From: Tubulanus polymorphus
Lineage: Eukaryota; Animalia; Nemertea
Direction of reading: 5' to 3'
Assembly (NCBI RefSeq): GCF_964204645.1
Contig: NC_134034.1
Coordinates: forward strand, 3,923,814 to 3,987,813
DNA length: 64,000 nucleotides
A model generated the notes under the pieces. The model saw only the letters and a list, made by a program, of their open reading frames with translations, was not told the DNA's origin and ran no database searches. How positions within the stretch are numbered: position 1 is the stretch's first letter; each line of letters opens with the position of its first letter. This document shows positions 13,101-21,300 of the stretch, piece by piece. The position numbers and the translations under genes are program-made.

Positions 13101-14335
13101 TTAATTTGGGTGGCTCCGAGAATATCCAAACTATACCGGACATCGAAGGGCGGCTCCGTTAGTTGTACTCACATTCGGCGCCTAACCCAGTCGCATGAAA
13201 GACTTGTGCTACGAAAAGTTCCAATGTGGATACTTTGTTTTGGACATTCTTGGACCCCGCACAAACGTAGTAATGAAAACCAAATAGGCCCTGAACAAGT
13301 TGCCAGTTTGGGTAAGTTGAGTAAATTAAACACCGACAAAAGATGAAGAAAACTGATTTTTTCAATATACGAACCTCAATAGTTTCCAGGTCCGGTAATC
13401 TGAAAGCGGTCTGTTCTATTCCTGCTTTACCCTTGTTGCCGATCGAGCTGTATTTGATCACTAGTTTATCGTATTCGCTCGACTTCAAATACGACTCCGT
13501 TTCGTTCGGCTTCATTCCTAAAAATACGTACGCGGCAGATACATTATAATTAAGACAAAATTACCCTCCCCGTTTATCGAGTGACCCCCTCACCCCGTGT
13601 ATCGAGTCACCCCCTCACTCCATGTATCGCGTGACCCCCCTACCCCCATGTATCGAGTGACCCCCCTCACCCCATGTATCGAGTGACCCCCCTACCCCCA
13701 TGTATCGAGTGACCCCCCTTCCCCGTGTATCGAGTGGATATCAGCTAAAGCGGCAATAATGGATCCCACTTGTGGCAAGTGATGATCCACAAGGTGGTGC
13801 AGTGTGCAGTAGGATATCCACTGCTGCAATTGAGGATTGTCGCAGTAGGACATCAGGCACGCGACAATAATGGAGTCCACTTGTGGCAAGTGAGCATCCA
13901 TCAGGTTATGTGGCAGGACATGACCTACTGCAGCGATAAAGGATTCTACTTGCGGCAAAAAAGGATCCACCAGGTGTCTCTAGCGTACAGTAAGACATCA
14001 ACAACTGCAGCAATTGATTCATTAGTGTTAAGTGAGGATCCACCAGGTTTCGCTAGAGTAGAGTAGGAACACCTGGCGAGAATTTACCAGGTGTCGATAG
14101 TGAGCAATCGGACATTGATGGTGGATTTCTCAGATTAAATTTCAAGATCTACGTTACAGTTTTCCGTCCCGACGCGTCGAAACTCACCGAATTCTCGTCC
14201 GGTGAAGCGTTGCATCCTCTCTAAGTTCGGCACTTGTCGTTGTTGGCGAATCGCGACCATCGCTTTGCGCAGCTGTAACGCTATCAGTGGCGGACATGTT
14301 CTACGTTTCTCGGTCGATTTCGCCGGACGACCCAT
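941..14335 (-). CDS. ZMYND11: Zinc finger MYND domain-containing protein 11 (BS69) orthologue, spliced, 3'-partial. Coding exons: 14335-14188, 13517-13375, 12687-12541, 10573-10493, 9756-9576, 8901-8846, 8585-8508, 8403-8285, 7026-6953, 4222-4004, 3366-3200, 2058-1966, 1132-941
   Basis: All junctions are GT-AG and phase-consistent. The joined peptide shows the ZMYND11 domain order: N-terminal winged helix ([14 protein letters not shown]...[16 protein letters not shown]), PHD ([28 protein letters not shown]...CPLC), bromodomain ([18 protein letters not shown]), ZnF ([26 protein letters not shown]), PWWP ([18 protein letters not shown]...[10 protein letters not shown]...KACDEL), TQT motifs and the start of the coiled coil. 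Confidence 0.95.
1259..1586 (-). mobile_element. L2-clade LINE 3' fragment
   Basis: Minus-strand peptide [17 protein letters not shown]...[13 protein letters not shown]; GCGCTATATAAAT plus (TTA)n tail; candidate TSD GAATCTA at 1252 and 1587. Confidence 0.8.
1966..2058 (-). CDS. ZMYND11: ZMYND11 exon (TTSTQTNKK)
   Basis: ttttccag| acceptor and AAG|GTAATT donor; 93 nt. Confidence 0.87.
2214..2484. mobile_element. piggyBac-type MITE family A, copy 1 (orientation a)
   Basis: TTAA-CCCTTTCAGTGC...GCACTGAAAGGG-TTAA. Confidence 0.88.
3200..3366 (-). CDS. ZMYND11: ZMYND11 exon (acidic segment plus NLS-like [12 protein letters not shown])
   Basis: Phase 1/0; donor |GTAAGC. Confidence 0.85.
4004..4222 (-). 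CDS. ZMYND11: ZMYND11 exon (PWWP helix GFVKACDEL plus acidic linker); in-frame alternative acceptor at 4240
   Basis: cctgtag|GG acceptor; donor G|GTGAGT. Confidence 0.88.
4486..4757. mobile_element. piggyBac-type MITE family A, copy 2 (orientation b)
   Basis: Same TIRs and TTAA, reverse orientation. Confidence 0.88.
5152..5628. mobile_element. Foldback MITE with TA flanks, copy 1
   Basis: TA-ATGTCTATTTC...GAAATAGACAT-TA; imperfect palindrome along its whole length. Confidence 0.8.
6002..6101. mobile_element. Harbinger-type MITE (GGGCCRGTTGCTCAAA TIR, CWG TSD); relatives at ~27400-27503, 44132-44258 and 49573-49681
   Basis: CTG-GGGCCAGTTGCTCAAA...TTTGAGCAACCGGCCC-CTG. Confidence 0.75.
6209..6914. 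mobile_element. Second piggyBac-type non-autonomous element, hosting a nested family A copy
   Basis: TTAA-CTCATTGCCTGCCA...TGGCAGGCAAAGAG-TTAA. Confidence 0.75.
6306..6589. mobile_element. piggyBac-type MITE family A, copy 3 (b), nested
   Basis: TTAA flanks and family TIRs. Confidence 0.88.
6953..7026 (-). CDS. ZMYND11: ZMYND11 exon ([28 protein letters not shown])
   Basis: Phase 2/1, bridges the flanking exons exactly. Confidence 0.88.
7106..7383. mobile_element. hAT-like MITE
   Basis: CAGGGCCTTCGGAA...TTCCGACGGCTCTG with CATTG on both sides. Confidence 0.6.
7800..7978. repeat. Interspersed ~175-bp repeat duplicated at 8612-8790 (Helentron/HINE-like end)
   Basis: Near-identical copies; GATCAACCCAGTTGATC hairpin next to an A/T run. 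Confidence 0.65.
8285..8403 (-). CDS. ZMYND11: ZMYND11 exon (PWWP core)
   Basis: [14 protein letters not shown]...RFFGGWHQR. Confidence 0.93.
8508..8585 (-). CDS. ZMYND11: ZMYND11 exon (bromo-PWWP zinc finger)
   Basis: [26 protein letters not shown]; ttgtag| acceptor and |GTAAGT donor. Confidence 0.92.
8846..8901 (-). CDS. ZMYND11: ZMYND11 exon (end of bromodomain, [18 protein letters not shown])
   Basis: ctacag| acceptor and |GTAAGT donor, phase 1/0. Confidence 0.88.
9198..9500 (+). mobile_element. tRNA-derived CORE-type SINE with L2-like tail
   Basis: A/B-box-like head; TGTCCCCTGGCAAGACA...CCATCCAGGAGCAAATGG central domain; GGGCGCTATAGAAAT tail; second copy at 12060. Confidence 0.75.
9576..9756 (-). 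CDS. ZMYND11: ZMYND11 exon (bromodomain)
   Basis: [25 protein letters not shown]; phases fit. Confidence 0.92.
9890..10260. mobile_element. Unclassified repeat with inverted tRNA-like arms; inverted copy at ~24120-24460
   Basis: Arms GTGCCGTGGC...CGATGCCATCRGGTTCRAATCCC point outward around a shared core. Confidence 0.6.
10493..10573 (-). CDS. ZMYND11: ZMYND11 exon (ICQKK...RLKAK)
   Basis: 81 nt, phase 0/0, tttcag| acceptor and AAG|GTACGT donor. Confidence 0.88.
11152..11710. mobile_element. piggyBac-type element carrying a 33-bp minisatellite
   Basis: TTAA-CCCTTAACACC...GGTGTTAAGGG-TTAA. Confidence 0.65.
11186..11592. repeat. ~33-bp tandem repeat, about 12 units
   Basis: Unit CTGCTGTCTGTATCCTGCACCCCTTCAGACAAT. 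Confidence 0.95.
12060..12322 (+). mobile_element. Second, 5'-truncated copy of the CORE-type SINE
   Basis: GGTTCGAACCCC B box; same body and tail. Confidence 0.75.
12541..12687 (-). CDS. ZMYND11: ZMYND11 exon (PHD finger)
   Basis: C4HC3 pattern; ttttcag| acceptor and AAG|GTTAGT donor. Confidence 0.93.
13375..13517 (-). CDS. ZMYND11: ZMYND11 exon (second half of winged helix)
   Basis: tttttag|GA acceptor, GAG|GTTCGT donor; [12 protein letters not shown]. Confidence 0.9.
13566..13735. repeat. ~26-bp tandem repeat
   Basis: Unit CCCCATGTATCGAGTGACCCCCCTCA. Confidence 0.92.
13735..14105 (+). repeat. 75-79 bp CTCF-like-motif satellite array
   Basis: Units ...CACTTGTGGCAAGTGAGGATCCACCAGGTGTCGCTAGTGTGCAGTAGGACATCAACTACTGC... 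Confidence 0.85.
14188..14335 (-). CDS. ZMYND11: ZMYND11 first coding exon (MGRPAK...TGREF); exon begins at acceptor 14372
   Basis: ATG at 14335; donor G|GTGAGT at 14188; winged-helix similarity. Confidence 0.9.
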
Positions 14336-14993
14336 GATTTATTGTATCGATAATTATCCTCTCCACCTCGGCCTGGAAATTCAATACGAAACATTTAGGT
14401 ATATGTAACTAGGCGTCCAGGGACACTATGCCCACTCGGGAAGAGGTTTCAAATGCTCAACAATCTAAGAATTTCAATATTCAATGCCCCCTGGTGACCA
14501 TATACAAAACCCAATGACCTTGAAACTCACCACAATCATAGATGATGTCATGAACTACAACTTTGCAATCGATTGTGGTAACTAAATATGCGTAGGTACA
14601 AATATAATATAGAAATACTAAGTTATTGTATCATTCAACGCCCCCTGGTGGCCATATACAAAAACCAATTGATCTTGAAACTCACCAAAATTATACAGGG
14701 TGTCCCTTTAATTACTATACATAAAGAACTGCCTGTATCCTCCACATTTCTTCATGAAATGTTTCGATTTTCCACCAAATGATAGAATGTAACGGTACTT
14801 TTTGATTATTATCATGGTTGCTATGGTAATTTGCTTAGTGATTTCCTAGCAACTGATTACATTGTTGTAGTGATTTTGTGTAATTCTGATTTAGAATAGA
14901 TCAGTGTTAAATCATGTCTATGTCTCTGAAACAAAAAGCCTAGATGGTATGCTGGTTTTATGATGGGCTTATGATAGAACAATTGATTCATGT

Positions 14994-15985
14994 ATCGTGA
15001 TTGAGGACGCAGGGCAATTGCGGTCATTCCAAATAAAAACCATACAGCATCGGTGACAAACAGCCAGCAAAACCAAAATTAAACCCATACAATGACACTA
15101 GGATCGTCGCGAACAAGCTGTACCGAGTTTTAGTCAGTAACTCGTAACCTGTCCGTAGTTTAGTTTCACGATCGGATATTTTCACAAACCACAGTCAGGA
15201 ATGGGAAGGTCATTTTTCAATGAAATCTTCGTGAGTCAATTTGACGAAACAAAAAGAAACGACGAAATTGAAAAAATTAAGAAATCAACACTTATTCACA
15301 TTTTTTCTGCAACCAGAATTTAATTTTTCATTATTTATTATAGAAAACACGAAGATTTGAAATAAAAGTTGGAAAACTATCAAAAATAAAAATTGTCGTT
15401 TCGTTTAGAAAGTTTTATATGAAATCCTTATAGGTCACCTAGTCTATCATGCCACACGTATGCAATACAGAGAAATTTGTGGAGAAATTAATTAATTTCC
15501 CAAAAATAATGTTGATCAATCACTCGAAACATACATAAAATTGAATTATTTCAAAAGGTACCTGTGTTAGTATGTGATTTAAGCTATTAATTGTGGACTG
15601 AAGTCAATAGAAAGTATATTTTTGAAGTGTTACTTTTTTCAACCGTGTTTTGGCCCTTGTCATCCCTAACGTTGGTATAAGCCCATCCGATTATAAAAAG
15701 CTTACCACCAACGATTAGGTAACTAACTATCAGTAACCTGACTGTGGTTTAGTTTTCAAGATCGGATATTTATACCAACGATTAGGTTACTAACTATCGT
15801 GATTGAGGATGCAGGGCAATTGCGGTCGTTCCAAATAAAAACCATACAGCATCAGTGACAAACAGCCAGCAAAACGCAAAATCGAAATTAAACCCATACA
15901 ATGACGCTAGGATCGTCGCGAACAAGCTGTACCGAGTTTTAGTCAGTAACCTGTCCGTGGTTTAGTTTCACGATCGGATAGTTTC
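14994..15985. repeat. ~190-bp direct repeat pair (14994-15180 and 15796-15985) in ZMYND11 intron 1
   Basis: Near-identical TATCGTGATTGAGGA...CACGATCGGATA blocks. Confidence 0.85.
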
Positions 15986-16422
15986 TATTGATAACAGTGA
16001 TATCTTGTTGATAATAGTGATGATGTAAAAGATTTTACACAAAATAACAAAATCCTGGCACCGGGCGGTTATTCTAAAATCTTGTCATTTCCAAAGAGTT
16101 TGCTGACGATGGTTTTTTGGAATAAAAATGTGAAAATCCTGAATATTAAAATTCCGGGCATATAGGGGCAAATTTCGGGAAAATAACGGAGGTGGCCCCT
16201 ACCAATGTTATTTTGCTTCCGGCCCGGGCAGCCCAGCGCCAGCGGAGCGGAGCAGGAGTTTCGATGAGCAGGGGCGGGCTTCAGATGAAAATTTGCAGCA
16301 AATAAAATCGAAAAATTGCCACAAATTCCACTAAATCTATCACAAAACTACACGCAACAAAGTGCACGACGAAAACAGATGCTTCGATGTGTCTAAACAA
16401 GGCAAAACTGACGAAAACTCAC

Positions 16423-16465
16423 CTAAAAACAGGGATTAAACACCAAAATGGAGAAGCTATGTGTG
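16423..16465 (-). other. ZMYND11: Probable non-coding first exon of ZMYND11
   Basis: Donor TAG|GTGAGT at 16423, with a CCATTTT motif and CRE-like TGACGT just upstream; the start position is approximate. Confidence 0.55.
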
Positions 16466-17000
16466 TTCTACGTCATCAAAAATTGATGACGCCACGGCTC
16501 TCCGTGTAAATCTCACTGAAAATTCTGATTGTAAACCGAAACGATGAAGATCAGTCCGATAATAGCCAACGTAAAAACGTTTTTATCGTGGTTTCATACA
16601 GCTTAATGAATACCGATACTGACGATTATTTATCAAGGAAAATATATTCTATCAATATGGATTAGGCCCAACCGCTGAAAATCATAATGTTTTTGATGTT
16701 AGTGGCCCACCGATAAAGTTGATCGCCAAGCCTGCTCGACTCGAATAATCACATTATTCAAGTCGCTTTTTTAATTACGATTTTGAAGTATCGCGAAAAG
16801 TAGTGGCAATATCTTGGTAATGATTTAATGATGACATTAAATTAGAAGGGTTTTACGCATTCTTTATCGCTCTCCCTTTACATGCTTCTATCCGTCGTGG
16901 CGTCTTAGGGTTTGCGTTTAGAGGTGTTTTTCAAAGTGACGAGAGCGCCCTCTGTGGTGTAAATAACGAACTCGTTCAGTTGTCAATCGTCAATCAGTAG
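16440..17000. promoter_or_regulatory. Putative bidirectional promoter shared by ZMYND11 (-) and the COBL-like gene (+)
   Basis: Lies between divergent candidate first exons. Contains an inverted CGTCATCAA/TTGATGACG pair (16471-16491), a GCGCCCTCTGTGG motif (~16945) and an Inr-like TCAGTT (16976). Confidence 0.55.
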
Positions 17001-17072
17001 TGCTCGGTTACCAATTAGCGCAACTGCGCTCGCATTCATACCGGATTAAAGTTAGAAATCCTTTAATAACAG
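16978..17072 (+). other. Probable non-coding first exon of the COBL-like gene
   Basis: Inr-like TCAGTT, then donor CAG|GTAGAA at 17072. Confidence 0.45.
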
Positions 17073-17665
17073 GTAGAAATTTTATTTCAAAACTATCCGA
17101 TTAAGTCAAACGATATTTCTTTACTTCGTTACTCGATTTTGTGAATAAGAAATCCAACGCATTTTGAGGGAAAATTAGAATGTTAACTCTTGTTTTGGGT
17201 GACAATAAAATTTAATTGCTTTTTGACAGTTATAGGCCCCTAGGTCTAATTAGTTGATTTAAGTTAGATGATAAAGGATCAATTCTAATTTCTTAGTGGA
17301 AACTGTAGCCTGTCATATTTTAACCATGTTTTCAACCACTCAGCGGTAAAAGAAGGGGCCTAAGTGGACTACTCGGCTAAAAATAAAAAAAGGCCCAAAT
17401 GCGTTCCATTTCCAGGCAGTTTCTAACGTACATATTAAAGTTAACTCAAACTTTAAGGTAGTCAAATTTATGAAGGAAAATTGATCAAATCTTGTTTGCA
17501 ATTCATGCTAAAAGTTTTCAACACTTCTAAAAAAATCGACATTGTTTTTTCATTCTAATTTCAGTTCATGTTTTATGAATTCGGTACGCCTAAGTCCCTG
17601 ACCCTAGATCCTGAATCTGATTAGTTTCTTTTTTAAAGTGTCTACAAAGCTATTACCGATTTCCC

Positions 17666-17905
17666 CAGGGTCCGATCTTAGGCATAAAAACCACTTGCCC
17701 GGGGGCAAGTATATCTGAAATTATATTTGCCCTCTCAAATATCTGCTTGCCCTACACAAGCAGTCTAACTGTTGTATTGATTGGGAAATGGCTTTGAGAC
17801 ATGAAAATGCACTAGCCCCGTGGACAAGTGATAATGATAACCTACTTGCCATAATGATAATATTATTGTCCCGGGCAATCGGACAAGTGCTTAGATCGGA
17901 CCCGG
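17666..17905. mobile_element. hAT-like MITE with 6-bp TSD
   Basis: TTTCCC-CAGGGTCCGATCT...AGATCGGACCCGG-TTTCCC. Confidence 0.72.
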
Positions 17906-18262
17906 TTTCCCGTTTCAATCCTAATCAGAGTGCCAGTTAAAAATGGCGGCTTTTTCAATCCTTTACAACTCCAGAAAATCTGGGTTTAGTGTTTAAAGGG
18001 TGAGACGAGCGTTCAAAGGGTTTAGGTAAGGGTTAGGGTACGCATTTCTGTTGTAAGGGGAAGGGTTAAGCTATAAGAAGTAAATAATTTATGGCTCTGA
18101 TGGCTCTAGCGTACATTCAAAAAAAAATTTCATTTTTTTTAGACCTACTTTGAATGTTCTAAGTACAGCTAACCCGTAGCACTGTAGAAACGACTATCAT
18201 AGTACCGATGCCGGAACTGTAAGCACGGCGTATTGAATTCAGAGTTAATTTTTGCTTTTCAG

Positions 18263-18390
18263 ATTCATCAAAATGACGCGTCATTTATCGTGCTACTGTT
18301 GGGATTAACTTAAAACTATGTGTCGGGGATTATCTAATGATCGGACTTGAATATATAAACCTTCAAAAGAGGATTAATCACCATGGAAAC
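18263..18390 (+). CDS. COBL: COBL-like exon: 5'UTR plus start codon (ATG 18383, coding part ATG GAA AC)
   Basis: Strong acceptor tttgcttttcag| and donor |GTAAGT; Kozak CACCATGG; in-frame stop upstream; phase 2 matches the next exon. Confidence 0.65.
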
Positions 18391-21300
18391 GTAAGTACTT
18401 CGTATTTGGTTACGAATATCGTTGAATTTATTGATTTTTAATTATTTATTAATCACTGGTATTGGGTTAATGAAATACCGACGCACACACCGCCAGACTA
18501 GACTACGGTAGACCTATCTGTTTCCTAGGTTCTTCAATATTTGCTTATTTTCAATTAACTTTGAACTAGATTTTCAGGCTCAAAATCCAAATGTCATAGA
18601 CCAAGCCTCGGAATTCCCTTCCTTTCCTTTCCTTCCCAGAATGCTCTTGCCGTTTGGTGTGGTTTTCATTGAAAAGCCTTATCAAAAGTTGGTTCAATTT
18701 CGGTTGAAATGTAGCAGAAATTCAACAGCAGAAGACCGAGTGCTGATTCTAGGACGATTGCCCCCGAATAAAATCCTAAATGCAGCGCATGTAACCGACA
18801 ACTTTACTTCATTTGTATTTCATTAGATATAGATTCATTAGATATAGGCCTACATTGTGACTACTAGCGACACCTGGTGGATCCTCACTTGGCAGACTAG
18901 TTGTCTGGTGGATCCTCAATTGCAACATAGCGAATTGCCACAGTTATGGGGGATCTATTGCACATTAGCGACACCTAGTGGATTTTCACCACAAGTGGAA
19001 TTCTCTGTTCCCACAGTGGTTGATGTCCTAGTGCACGCTAGCGACACCTGGTGGATCCTTACTTGCGACTTATGTAGAATCCAAGAAAATTGGCCGAAAC
19101 CAAACTTGGTTCTCAGAATCTAATGAAATTTTCAGAATGAACCTTGTTTTAATCCATTGGCCTACTCGGGGCCCTAATGCGAAACATGACCTTCTTATTT
19201 AGGTATTTGTTTGACCGTGCCATAACACTCCTTTTGATACTCACAGGTCTGGTATTCAGTGTAGTAACAGGTCTGGTATTCAGTGTAGTACTACTGTTAG
19301 TAACGGGTCAAATCCAGAAATAGTGCCTATTCAAAATAGGGATTACCGGTTTTTTAATTAACCGCTGTTCTTAGAATTGGAGTCCTATTGTATACGGAGA
19401 CTTATTCATATATAGGCCTAAAACCTATTAGAAAAATATGATAGGGCGTATTACGTCTATGGCCAAGACAAATAGTATTTTGAAGGTTAAGTAAATTAAT
19501 TCACTTGAATTAAGAGATAGAGATTTGGTTAACGATCGATGTACTGTTTGTCTATAATGTTGACCGGTTTGACATCAGTTTAACGCGACTCCTCATGGAC
19601 TCTCCTCATCATGATATATTACGTAGTATAATTCAGGTGGCGCTGATTTTAATCCCTGATAATTCTAAACATTTCTCTAAGTATTGGGCACCAATTCGGG
19701 TTGGATTTCACCGGTCTCAACTTTTTTGAATTAGGTTCTGCGCAGTCTACTAGTTTACAAACTCTTTAGTCTAGAATCAATGTTTGACATCAACTCGGAG
19801 TTGAATTCAACCAGTCTCAACTTTTCCGAGTTAGGGACAGCACAGGGAGTTAAGATTTAACTAACTTAAGAGTTAACTACTTAGAAATCTATCAACTTTA
19901 ACTCACAACCTGTGGAACCGGGTCCCGGTATTAAAACTAGTTGACTCTGTCTTCCTCTCCGAAAGCGAATGACGGAAATTATGAGTATCAAATTGTGAAA
20001 ATGTTTCATGTTTATTTTTTTGATGTTTAACTTAATCCTTTCAGTGCATCTACACCGCAGTGCGGTGTTTGAATCGGTGATGGATTTCGCTAGTACACCG
20101 CACAGCGGTGCATTGATGTAATTAGTAATTAGTTTTTATCTCTATTGAAACATTGCAGCACCTGTTAAGCATAGTGAAATATAAGTAACTAACGATACAC
20201 TGCACCGCGGTGTAGACGCACTACAGTGGTATTTCCGTTATTCAACACACTAGGGTGGAATTTTTTAAAATTTACAAATTATCTCCAGCACTATCGGGTA
20301 TTGATTAGTCAGCACTGAAAGGGCTAACTGCAAAAAAAAAAACATTGAAAAAACTAAAGAATAAAATAAAAGTTGAAAATGAAATAGTTTGAGGGGTAAT
20401 CATTGAATTCGAGTGGTAGGCGCTTTATCTAATTACCTATCAACCTTCTTCAAAATTGCCGGCGGGGATTGATATATCTAAGGATTGGTACTGTATTCAG
20501 TTCAGTTCAACCAGTCAATCAGGTTTGTATACACACACACATAGCTCAAGAGGAAAGAGACAGATTTAGAATTTTAATGAGCACCGAATTTCTGAATCGC
20601 TCTCATTCACCTGTCCTGTTATCCTGGAGACTTTTTATCGCATTCCTTTGACTTTCCCGAGAGAACGCGAACCACGAACGACAAGCCGGGACTGGTGAAC
20701 GCTCGTCATGAATGTCTCAATTCACCTCATTCATATATCGCTTTAATCGGGTTCTTTTCTGTATCGAAGCTAAACAGTAATCTACTGTGAAGTACTGATA
20801 GAGAGAGATTGTGACGTGCGATTAATTTGAATGTGGGTCTTGAGTTCAAAACCTAATCACCTATTATTTAACCATGTACAAAAAACTGGGCCAGTGGGGA
20901 CTTATATGTACATATAGTGAGCTATGCCGCCTGGCTGGACTTATGTTTACGGAATTAGGGCCTAGTTGACTATTTGCGAACTAATTGAATCGGTTAGTTC
21001 GAACTTAAGTGCGAAAATAGTAAACACCAAAAGTTCCAATGGCCAACACTGTAGAATTCGTAGGATTGAAGGTGCTTCCTGTTATTTTTTTATCTTGAAA
21101 TAGGGATTGACCCTGTTGTTGATTTGATTAGATTTGATTTGATTTTTGATTTGATTTATTTTGCATAAATAATTGGTACAAGGATTATAACATAATAGTT
21201 ATTGCATAATATATAGTCGGTGTAACAATAATTTATGCGAGGAATTGAAGAAAAGCCAATAAGGCTTATACTAGTCTGAAATCCCTCACCACATACGCTC

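Noticed and set aside
13692-14066. ORFs with repeated HLPQV or TWWILT peptides (also 18857, 26228, 28514)
   Set aside because: Translations of the 75-79 bp satellite
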